NCBI GenBank assembly: GCA_012295275.1
Contig: CM022677.1
Location: forward strand, 7,626,001 to 7,690,000
DNA length: 64,000 nucleotides
Direction of reading: 5' to 3'
Source of the DNA: Chrysomallon squamiferum
Lineage: Eukaryota; Animalia; Mollusca
Part shown: piece after piece, positions 52,546 to 64,000 of the stretch
Numbering within the stretch: position 1 is the stretch's first letter
Layout: each line of letters opens with the position of its first letter
Translations under genes and position numbers: made by a program
Notes under the pieces: model-generated
What the model was told of the DNA's origin: nothing
The model's input: only the letters and a program-made list of their open reading frames with translations
Databases searched by the model: none

Positions 52546-52720
52546 AGATAAGTCAGAAGAATTTCAGAAGATCTTTTAGATAAATGTCACGGAGACTCGT
52601 GTTTACATGAGGGTTTTTTCCAGCTGTTTTTTGAGGTGGTCTAGAAGCAGAATAAATTGTCCAGTTTGCTCTGAAAGATTCACCATCTTCGTGCACACCC
52701 CAAGAAATGGAAATTGCCAC
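51825..52720 (+). pseudogene. Ser/Thr-repeat protein with TOPORS/ICP0-type C3HC4 RING, degenerate
   Basis: After the repeats: EDLLDKCHGDSCLHE[frameshift]FSSCFLRWSRSRINCPVCSERFTIFVHT, compared with the TOPORS RING (..LDRCLHKFCFRCVQEWSKNKAECPLCKQPFDSIFHS). First CxxC lost; stops and frameshifts present. Confidence 0.65.
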
Positions 52721-53334
52721 GCCTCAGAGTCAGGAAAGTCGGGCGAAATTTTCCAGCTGGACACATTAACAGTCAGTCTGTTATCAGTCGTATATTTACT
52801 TCTCTATTTTGGAAAAACTTCTTTGCTAATAGAATTTTGTCTTCTACTAGGATATGAGCAATATTTGAAGCCTTACAACATCACTCTATGTGTATTAGTT
52901 TTCCTTCAGCTGGTATGCATCTGTTATTTTTTTTTATTCTACTGATCAAAAATAGAAATATTTATTCATCTATATATTCTACTATATATTTTACTATTCT
53001 ATTATATATTTTATTCTGCTGCTATGGCTGAACTTAACTGTTTCAAAAGTTCTTATTCTTATGTTCATAGTAATAATAATAATGGTGATGATGATGACGA
53101 TGTTGATGTAGAAAATGGCAGTGATGATGATTATGATGTAAAATATGCCATGATGATGATGATGATGATAATGTAGAAGACAGCAGTGATGATGATGTAA
53201 AAGAGGCAATGATGATGACGGTGATGATAGTAATAGAATGCAGATATTTACTTGTAAAATATTTAAATGAAGTTGGAAATATCTGCCCTGGACAACCAAA
53301 CCCTAGGATATCTACCCCTTGGACAAGTAACACC

Positions 53335-53380
<46 letters not shown>

Positions 53381-53416
53381 TATTTATTTTTTATTTTTTT
53401 TTATCTTTGTACACCA

Positions 53417-53935
53417 CAAACCCCGAATCATTTGAAGATTACAGATTTTGGATTAGCTAAACTTCTTGATTAAAATGAGGAAGAGTGAGTGGAACAGTAG
53501 TAATTCACATTTCTTACTAATAAAAAAACACTGATAAATTGGTTCAAATTCTGATTTTAAATATTGAAGTTTAAATTCTGTTTTCTTATTAATAGGGAAT
53601 ATTGAAGAACTGAAATTCTGAATGGTCGAAATTCAATTTTCTTATTAATAGACAATATTGAAGAACTGAAATTCTGAATGGTTGAAATTCAATTTTCTTA
53701 TTAATAGGGAATATTGAAGAACTGAAATTCTGAATGGTTGAAATTCAATTTTCTTATTAATAGGGAACTTACAAACTGAAACTTGGAACAGTCTTAATTC
53801 AGTTTTTTTTTATTAATTGGGAACGTTGAGGTGCTGAAATTTCGAAAAGATTAAATTTGAGATGTTATGCTATAAACTGGAAAATATATGAGAAACGAGA
53901 TTGTATTCTTTTTCACTGTTTCAGATGCCAATCAA
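53417..53935 (+). pseudogene. EGFR/ErbB-like tyrosine-kinase gene fragment (partial exon, intron, start of next exon)
   Basis: 53417-53485 reads QTPNHLKITDFGLAKLLD*NEEE (EGFR: KTPQHVKITDFGLAKLL). After ~440 bp, the acceptor TTTTCACTGTTTCAG is followed by ATG CCA ATC AA (MPI.), matching the (V/M)PIKW exon start that follows in EGFR genes. Confidence 0.8.
53570..53850. repeat. 56-bp minisatellite inside the EGFR-like intron
   Basis: TTTTCTTATTAATAG starts at 53581, 53637, 53693 and 53749. Confidence 0.9.
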
Positions 53936-54160
53936 TAATAAAATTACTTAAAAAAAAAAGATGAATGAATGTGTATTGTTTTATAGTCTCAATTTTAACA
54001 AACATATCAAATTTCGCTATGATTGCTTTCAATGCCAGTCTTTAATTTTCTATGAGGTACTGCATATAGGGAAAATGTTCATCACAAAAATCTGCATGAA
54101 CATTTTCCCATTCCCTTGTTTATTATCATATCACCTTTTCCACTAAATATGTTTTCACAG

Positions 54161-54580
54161 GGCTACTTCTCACAAGAAATGACTGAAAACAATTCTAGCT
54201 CTGAAATTCACCTAGGAAAGCCACTACATCAGGTAAGAGATAAAATAAAACAGTATAAAAAAATGTGTTAATGATATATAAATATGTATATCACTGGTTT
54301 CAATATGATCACATAGAAAAAATCAAATGACTAAAATTATTGTTAAAATAATTATCAAATATTTCAGTGTCCACTTTATGAAATGTCAGGGATAAAGTAG
54401 AACACCACATCTTTAGAGTTATCAGTGGAAGGAGAAGAATTTTATGAAAGACAACAGGAATGATTTACATCAATTAACGATTTTGACAAACAAGATTTTT
54501 CTGGCTCTCATTTCATCAAAGAGAAAATAACATCCTCAAATAGTAATAAAATACCAATACTATGTTTGTGGACAGTAAGA
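54161..54580 (+). pseudogene. Two orphan exon-like segments, unidentified
   Basis: 54161-54232 is bounded by TTTTCACAG and GTAAG (GYFSQEMTENNSSSEIHLGKPLHQ). The in-phase next segment from 54368 reads CPLYEMSGIK*NTTSLELSVEGEEFYERQQE*F..., with stops. Confidence 0.35.
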
Positions 54581-55601
54581 AAAGAAAGTAATAATAATAA
54601 TAATAATAATAATAATGAATTACATACAGAAGTGCATGTTAAAATTATCAGATATATGAGACAGAGAGAAGCAACATACTGACAGAAGACTCAAAACATT
54701 CTCCAGTTCATGATGTAATTGTATTAAGAGATGTCGAAGTTGGCAGAACCATCTGATCAGTGATTAAACAAAGAATGGATATTTACAGGATGTACAAAAT
54801 GTGCATTTATGAATCTTCTGGACATGATTCTGAGATCATTGATTAGAACTGTACAGTTTTTCAGAAGAGTCATTTTTCTGTTAGATTTAAGTTGACATAA
54901 ATAAATTGTTTTATTAAAGGTCTACCTTGTTTCTCATCTTTTCTTTTAAGGCGTATTAAATAATTATCCTGTATTTTTGTTGCTTTCAGTTCAATAAAAA
55001 CATATTTGTTTAAAGTTATACAATGCAAAAGTGAAAGTTAAATATAATATTTACATTACTCCTAAACTCATATACTTTAAGTCAAAAGCCTCTGACTGAA
55101 GTAGAAGCCACTGTTCAGTGGTGAACAAGCAACACCAGGAACCAAAAACTCGGCACATTTCTTTGGATACTTCTACAAAACAAAACCAAGTGGAACAGCA
55201 CAGACAAGACAGTTAAATTACACAGCCTTGCCAAGAACAACAGTTACCATGACAACCATTTCAGACATCTACCATCAAGCATACAAACTCAGCAACCTTG
55301 TTCTACAACAAAAGTTTCAGCATTCTCAAAGAGCACTTGGGTTCTGGAAACTGTTCACCTATTCTTATACTGGATTACATTATTCATCAGACAATGGTAA
55401 TCATAATTTTAATACCAACAGCCATGAACCTGAAAACTGTGTGGCACTTTGTGATAGTATTTGGCTATAAAAATGAAAGCAATGAAAAATGTCCACTGGG
55501 TTTAATAATCATTATAAATGATTAAATTTCATATTTTTGTAATTTTATCATTTGACCATTTAATAAAAAGTATTTGAAATTGCAGATAGTCAAAGATTAA
55601 G

Positions 55602-55705
55602 GAGACAAGGATCCTGTATCCAATATACATGATGAAACTCTTACCTTATTAAATTACCACTCTGAGCAGATGAAGTGACATTGAACGGTTTTTAGAATGC
55701 GTTAG
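55602..55705 (+). pseudogene. DIX-domain fragment (Dishevelled-like), copy B
   Basis: ETRILY..../DET[1-nt deletion]YLIKLPL*ADEVTLNGF*NAL. Confidence 0.7.
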
Positions 55706-57379
55706 AAACATTTTATGAAGAATTTTAAAAATAAAAATGAAATTAGAATGTCATTTTAACAATGCTGTAAGCTGTTCAAATTGTGGATTTTTTTGAAATA
55801 TTATATTGTTTTGATTGTCAGTGCTGTACTAACTGGCTGAAGATTTAGAAATATAAAAAGGAACACATATAAAACACTACTTTCAGAGATGAATTAGCTA
55901 GTGTGAACATTTTGAAAATACTTAACTTTCGCAGAAAATAAAGAGAAAGCAATTAAGATGTCTGAAAGATTTTGATGTTTTTTGAAAGTGTTTTACATAT
56001 TTTTGCAATTTTTGTACCTACAACACAAAGCAGTTAATATATATTCTATCTTGCTGTCAATCTTGCATATTCTCTTTGCACCTACTGTACAAAACAAAAA
56101 TAATAAAAATAAAAAGCATATCTGTTATATAAAGCATAAACAACAAAAATCATGAAAATATAAAGTTTATAAATATATGCTGACAGTTTCAAATATTTCC
56201 ATAACCAGAACAAAACAGCATCATCATCAACAACAACAAGCTGTTACTACTAGTACAGACTTTGTTCCCTTTTGTTGGCACCTGTCATCAAAGAGATGTT
56301 TTTGTTGTCATCCAGAACTGGTTCTGAAAGAAAAAACAGGCAGTGTATGATATTAAATATCCATATTACAGTTTCAATGTACAAAATTACACTAAACATC
56401 CAAATGTAGTTCTCTTTCATTCCCCTCAGTAAAAATGAATGTAATTTAATTTTTAAACAACTGCTACAATTAATAACTATACAAAGACAATAAGAAAGAC
56501 AACAATGCTATAAGAATGTTTTATGCATCACTTAATTTTCTTTTTTCAAATGGAAGTAGAGAAAGACATCACATGAAATCCAAGCCATCATTGCAACCAT
56601 ATGTTCATCTTGTGCATATTTTATAACGTATTTTTGAAAATGTTTTATTTTTTCTTTCTTATTTTTCCTTATTCAAATTCTATAGTTTCCTATTTCTTTC
56701 TTTTTATTATTTTTTGTTTTGTTTCAGTTAGTGATTGCTTAACAGTCATTCTTCTTCTTCTTATTATTATTATTATTATTATTAATAATTTTAAATATAT
56801 ATTTATCACCTGCCTTTTTTCTGAATCAAGCTGGAACATGACTGCCAATCTGGTAATGGAGACAGGCATCATGAAGAATTTTCTCATCTACATCACCAGT
56901 GGTACTCTGAAACATTTGTATGTGACACACATCAATTAAACTTACTTAACTACACACACTTGTTATAATTACCAATTAAAAGATTGTTTCTTTTTCATTT
57001 TTAAAAACATTATTTGTCATGTAATTCTGATTTATTTTTCAGTTACAATTAGAAATGTGTATTAATTCTAGCATGTGTAAAAACTATTTTTAATATTCTT
57101 TTTTTTTGTGTGAAATTGTATCCCGATTTTATACAAAAGTTCAAATGTAAACCTGGAGTAAAAATACTGAAAAACAAAAAGATTATAATTAAAATAATTA
57201 ACTGCCCCAAATGTTTCTCATTCAAAAGACAAATTAAGAAAAGTACTCACATCACTGCTACTGGCACCATGACAGAACAGCTGAAAAAAAGAAGTTGATA
57301 GATGAAGGTTCTGGAGAAAATAAAATACTGTAAAATGCAGCCGCTAATAACTAAAACAGCAACTGCCTAGTTTATTTTC

Positions 57380-57413
<34 letters not shown>

Positions 57414-57759
57414 TGTCTGTAAGTAAAATTAAAGATGACAAGAATGTGTAGTTCCTAACAAAGTGAATAACATTCATCTCGAACTGAACAAAATTATTAT
57501 TTATTGTCTAATTGACAATATTCTTTCCTTGATCAATTAATTACTATTATGCTTCAAACAATTAGAAGATTTATATCTAGTAAGTGATAAGGATTGATCA
57601 GTTATGTATCCGATCTCTACCCAGTCAACCTTGGACTGATATTGTAATTATACGGAACAGAAAAAAGAAAAAAATGGCTGACTTTGTCGTATGTCTGGTT
57701 ACGATTAGTGAATTTTCCAAAACTGTTCTAGCACTGTTGCATGAATGCTTGATACTCCA

Positions 57760-60700
57760 AGAATAGGGCTACAAGAATCTGCTACTTCTTACATGGTGAA
57801 GAAACTCTTACCTTATTAAATTATTAGTTTCAGCAGATGAAGTGACTTTAAAAGATTATAAGAATACGAGTTTCCTTTACGAACGTTCGTTTACGAAATT
57901 TTCAGCTATTTTGTGTAGGAACGTCAATAACACTGTCTTCACAGCCCATAATTGACGTCACTAAACCCAAGCCAAAAAAAGAGAGAGAGAAAAAAATAAA
58001 AAAATAAAAAATAAATAAATAAATAAAATAAAATAGTGATACTTTTATGATATTAAAGTGTATTTTATTACTATTAGCTTTGCTAACAATTGTGTTTAGC
58101 TGATATTCAGTAAAATAAAATATAGTCTAAGCACATTTTATATATTTTCTGGAAATAGTGCTAGTTAAAATATTGGTTAAACAGTGTAGTAATTCATAAT
58201 TAATTCTGAATATAAGCTGAGGCCTGTTAGTTTAAAGATTAACCATAACACTTAAAAATGTGTGCAAGTGCATGTGTGTTTGTGTGTGTGTTCTTTTATC
58301 GAATATTTCACTCGGATTTCATTTTATTTTAATTTCTTAATATTAATTTTTATCATTTATATTTTTTAATGAACGTCTTCATACTCTGACAGGAAAGGAA
58401 GTAATATTTTGGATGTGGCAGGTCAAAAAAACAACAACGAAAGTTGAGCCTTTCTTTAAAAATGTATCATAAGAGATTGTTTTTTGTATTACCACAGGAG
58501 AATGATTAATGATTGATTGTAATAAGTGAGGAACTTTATCAGTTTGTACACAGTCTCAGGAAAAATGTTGTTGATTTTTTGTACCTTTTCGGTTTCACTT
58601 TTATTTCTTTCTCTTTGAACATCTTCCTTATTTTTTGTTTCTCTCTCTCTCATTATATCTTTCTCGCTGTTTTCAATATTGAAATGATTAAATATAAAAA
58701 TTTCCATTTGAATCAAATAACATCTTTAAAATACCCATCTATTTATTTTTTGACATTTTCCTCCTATTCTTTTCGGCGATAATATTAAGATGAACCCTTG
58801 CTTTTAAAATTAAAGTTTGGGCTTTACTCAGATCTCTTTGATCATCTTCCTTATTTTTTTCTCTGTCTCGTTGTTTCTTTCTCGCTGTTTTCATCGTTGT
58901 CTCCTTCTTTTTCGTTCTTTAAAAATACCATAAAATACTATGACTATCTCTTTGAGAAATTTTCCTTGGTAACTGTTTATTTTTTATTTCAGGCAGTGTG
59001 CGAGAAAAAAATAAAGTTTATATGGTAGAGGAGTAAGAGAACATTTGTGGTATTTTCACATCACACAAATATGTTAGCACACCACACCCTAGATCTGTAC
59101 CTGCTGTCTTCTGTACAGAGAAATATCTATTTAACTTACACTTGTTGTTTAGATTTTATAATTAATAATGTTGATATTTATTAAAATAAATATAATTTTT
59201 TTCATTTTCTGTGTTGCCTTGTTTTTCATTATTAATGCATTTTTAAGATAAATTTGAATGAACTGTTACGAATGCAATAAACATCTCTACCAAAAACTTT
59301 GAACACATTTCTGTAACAGTAATCTAAATATTCCAGTGAAGAAATATGTGAATGTTATTTATAAATTTCATTACACTTTATTAATCTTGAACTCGGTAGT
59401 CTCAGAAAAACATGCTGTGTTGGGTAAACAAGTGCACACTTGAGCATAAAACCTAGCTCTGAAAATATATAATTTTTCATAGAACATGATTATTGTAAAC
59501 ACTCGTGTGAAAACAACTGTGATTTCTTCAAGTGAGGATAATGTAAATTCGCTTAACCCACTTGATCGCTGACTTTAAATCATAAAACAAAAGACAGGAA
59601 CATGTTTTTATTTGTTTGCGTACATTTCAATAAAAACTACTGAGTCTTTTTTTCACATTCGCGGTTTACAAAAGGCATTTTTCTTACTCTTTCATATTCA
59701 CAAAATAAATTTAAATGGGATAATTTTACATTTTTATACAGACAGATACTTATAGACACACACACAGATTGCGCAAATACATTATCCTCCTATATTTTTC
59801 GGTGATAATATTAAGATGAATCCTTGCTTTTAGAATTAATGTTTGATCGCCTTCAGCTAACATCACTGCCGTTTATACGACAAAACTGAGATCAAGCGAA
59901 ATTGTTTAATGTTTGTTATGAATTCACCAGTCCTCTGATCAAAAACAATTCTAGGTCTCAGAAAAAGGAAATATTTTATTATAAACGACATTAACGTTGT
60001 ATTTTGAAAATTTCATATGTTGAATAATTTTGTAAAGTTAACGTAAGATAGAAACTTAATATCTCCGCTTCGCATCGAAATATGAAAATCTTCTTTCAAC
60101 ATTAATATTAATATGATTCCCCCCCCAAAACAAATTAATGGTGTGTTAACATCAATAATAAGACTTCAGAAACGCGTGAAGTGCTAGATGAATACTGTAT
60201 TTATTACTGTGTTGATATTACTGAAAATTAACTGTGCACCTTTCAGTGTCTCAATGTGAAAATTAACTGTGCACCTTTCAGTGTCACAATGTGATACTTT
60301 GTTTTATGACCAGTAACATGACATTCCGCGACACAATTTACATCTCTCCCTACATGAAATTACACGATTAATCTAAAATTTAAATTTGCCAAATTATGTA
60401 ATCAAGAATATATCAGATTATTTCTTTTTTAAACACTGAGAGAAGTAAGTTAATCTAGAATGAAATTTCATGTTTATTCAATAATATAACTGATAATCTC
60501 TAATTAATGTAACTTTAATGTCTCATATAAATAATCCAGACGTTATAAAACTTGCGTCTTATTTTCTTATCGATGGGTAACATTATCAGTGTAAACAGCG
60601 ATATTCTTTAGTTAAATGTGGTTTTATAAAAGTTCACGATTTCCCATGTAATTTATAATTATATAAATCAATTTATTATTATTATTGTCATTATTATATA

Positions 60701-61336
60701 CTTTTTTAAAAAGAAGTATTTAGTTTTCATGTCGACAGCAACAATAAACTAAGAAGAAATCTGATTTCTGTGATAACTTTACGAGGCCTAATAAAAAATT
60801 CGAAGTAATTTTTATATCCGTACTCAGAACAGTTCCAATGAAACTAAGAGAATAGCGTCAAACATACATACATAGGAAGCTTCCGTTTTACAGAAAAATA
60901 AAAACAAAATAAAATATAAAGATATTATTGTTGTTGTTATTGTTCTGCTGTTGACAATAAATCAGGACACTTATGGTGTCTGCTTCATTGTTATATAGAT
61001 TATTACTGATTCCAGGGAATTATCTCTGATATTTTTTAATATAACCTGATATAAATATACGATATTAATAAAATATGATATTAATCTTTCTCAACATACT
61101 TAATCTACAAATTGTAAATATCATTGTTCAACCAGCAATTAATTCTCACCTTTTTCTTTTTACAGGTAATTAAACCGCTTATTTTCATAACGCCATGTAG
61201 AATTAGCATTTATAACTGTCAGTAATATCTAATCTTTTTATTATACGATTTAGAATTGGCAAAGTAAAATATCACGTTACGTTTAATAAAACGGACACTT
61301 CGAAGCGGTATCTGACGTTAGTTGCACAAAGTTCTG

Positions 61337-61387
<51 letters not shown>

Positions 61388-64000
61388 CTGCATATATGTA
61401 ATTAAAATAAAACTGAAACAAATATTTATATGATAAAAATAAAATTGTTCTGTCATTATTTCATTGACATTTTAAAACTATTTTACATTGTTTCTTAATG
61501 TTCCCCTATCTATATATCTGTCTGTGTGTAAAATATCATTAACGTGTAATTAACATGAAGTACAAAGCTGTTCTCTTGTTATAAGTTTATTATTAACAGC
61601 TAATACAGATCATTGTTGTGTTTTGGGTGGGGGTTCCAAGCGCATTCAACTATTCTACTTCATTTTATTCTTTTTCTTCTGCCTGACATAAGATTTTAAA
61701 ATCAAAACATGAAAGAAACGGATTCGAAGAAAAGATCACACACACACACACACACGCACACGCACATACATCCAATTAAAATAAAATAGGGGAAACAACC
61801 GCACGAACAAAAAATGCAAATATAAAAATATAAATAAAAAAGAATGTTTTGAAAACATGACTAAATATGAAACTGGAGACCTCATTGGAGATCTACAGAC
61901 ATGTTTTAAATTCGAGTTTTAAATAGGGGTCATGTTTTATCTTTATTTACCGAGTACGTTGAAGTTAGTTTTACATGTTAAAAATTATTACTACTGTTTC
62001 TATTAATGACGCCGTCGTTGCCTTCGTAACGGCGTTGTTCCTAGTTTTATTCGAGTACTTCTCATTAGTCTTTATCGCTTTTTATTAATTGTTCCTCATA
62101 CTTTCTGAGCGCGCGCATCACCTATTAAAATATATTATTGTAATTTCTATTGATGTCGATGTCGTTGCCGTCGTACCTAACGTTATTGGTGTAGTCGTCA
62201 TTATTCGTTTTCGTTTTTCATTCATGTTATGCTTATTTTCTGACCGTGCCCATCCCGTATTAAAATATATTATTATCTCCGTTAATGTCGCCGTCGTTGC
62301 CATCGTAAAGCGGTTATTCGTAATGTTTTGGGGGTACTTATCATTATTCTTTTTAAAATAATCGCAAAAACATCATCAAAAAAATCTAGAGAAATTTCAC
62401 TATGCACAATGACAAGTGACAGACTTTCACTGGAATTGTCTCATTTATCTATGAGAATGTTTTTTTATTTTTACTATGACAGATGAGGAAAACATTAATG
62501 AAATATATATATTTATATATTCTCTTTATTCTTTGAGTAAAACGTTAATGAAATATATATATATATATATTCTGTTTATTCTTTGTCCGTCTTTGTCACT
62601 GTCTCGTTGACTCTAAATTGTCTCAGTCTAATTCTCTGCCTCATTCACGTGTTTCTATTTCTTTTCATAATTATTTTATTTATTTGTTGTATTTATTATT
62701 ATTAATTATTATTTATTATTTTTTTTTTAACTTATTTATTTTAAATTTTTGGGTTTGGATATAGTCAGAAATTAAAGTGAAGAACAGAGCTAGAAGTGAA
62801 ATCATTGTATTTCAAACTCAATGTGCTGCCAAGTTAACTAAATTTTCAGCAGAATCAAAAAAGTCTTAAATTCCACCACAACGTTAGACAAAATTGGACT
62901 TTGACATGTAGTTTTTTAATGAAATAGTTGTTAGAATTAGCAACAATAAATGTAACTTATTTTTCTCTACTATCAGATTTTGTAAAAGAAACATATTGTT
63001 ACTTCACTTAGTATTTTATCAAGAGCGAATAAAAATACCAAACTCACATTAGCTATTTCTGAATAAAGAGAATTAATTTGAATTATTTTATTATTTTTTC
63101 ATTATTATTACTATTATTATTTTTATTTTTATTACCCTTACTGTTGTTATTACTGTTACTATTATTATAATTATTATTATAAATAATTCTGCCTATTCAC
63201 TGGGTTCCTTCATTAGGAAATAAAACTAAACAACATTCTTAGCTGAAATAGATGAGGTTTTTTTATTGCTTACAAATTAACATTAAAAATGATAACGCCC
63301 ATTTCCCATCATGATGTTTGCTTTATAATGAAGTAACTATTCACACCAGCCCACAAAACACATTTGCATATTATTTCAGATTCAGCATGTGCCTTTTCAG
63401 TGTCTTTGTGTACGTTTTTACTGATGTAGGTTTCCAAAGGGGAGTTTACATATAATTACAATTGAACAGATTATAGGCCATCAAATGAGAAATTTATATC
63501 ATTTAAAATTTATTTTAAATGTTTTGACACGATCTATTTTTAATTAATTTTTGTTTTAGACAGGAGCTGACAAAAGGGAAATTTATATATATTTAAATCT
63601 ATTTATGAATTTTTTATCATATTGGCAAACAAATACAAAATTTACATATTTGCACATTGAACATTTTTTAAATTTTTTAAATGTTTTTTTTTAATAGATA
63701 ATTGGGCCAACTAAAGGGAAAAATTAAGACTGGTGAATATTAATAATAATAATTTTGATAACAGTAGTAATAGTAGTGGTAGTAATAATAGTAGTGATAA
63801 TAATAATAATAATAATAACAATAATAATAATACATTTTTTGCATTTCACCATTTGATACGAGACATTAACTTGAAAGTCTATTTTCTGTCATTATCCATA
63901 CAGAAATGACTGAAATAATGTTCTTAAACAATTAATAACAAAATTCATACATATATATATACACACACATATATATCCAATCCATTGAAAATATTATAAT
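57760..64000 (-). repeat. Copy 3 of triplicated block (runs off the window end)
   Basis: Direct repeat of 33990-38620. Segment 59400-64000 is the reverse complement of ~3270-7745, including 5260-5970, which copy 2 lacks. Confidence 0.9.
57768..57868 (+). pseudogene. DIX-domain fragment (Dishevelled-like), copy C
   Basis: ATRICYFLHGEET[1-nt deletion]YLIKLLVSADEVTLKDYKNT. Confidence 0.75.

Overview
Very AT-rich eukaryotic DNA with many microsatellites, GT-AG introns and two 200-N scaffold gaps. It is probably molluscan (gastropod-like); this is inferred from a decayed tRNA-headed SINE and Copia remnants. No intact protein-coding gene, RNA gene or CRISPR array is supported. Main contents: (1) an 18-exon, phase-consistent but stop-riddled minus-strand pseudogene (15550-27106) resembling KASH5/CCDC155/LRMP-type EF-hand plus coiled-coil proteins. 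(2) A diverged ~6 kb non-coding block in three copies: + at ~1.5-7.7 kb, and inverted at ~34-42.5 kb and ~57.8-64 kb. Copies 1 and 2 form a giant inverted repeat around the pseudogene. (3) A cluster of degenerate fragments of unrelated signalling genes: three Dishevelled-type DIX pieces sharing one frameshift, an EGFR-like kinase exon-intron-exon piece, and a TOPORS-like RING behind a 33-aa repeat array. (4) Transposon debris: a hAT deletion derivative with an 8-bp TSD, a TA-target MITE with a paralogous empty site, a dead Tc1, a multiply deleted Copia remnant, a SINE, and a TIR-bounded minisatellite element. All protein identities come from manual translation and recalled motifs, not database searches. 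Block boundaries are approximate.
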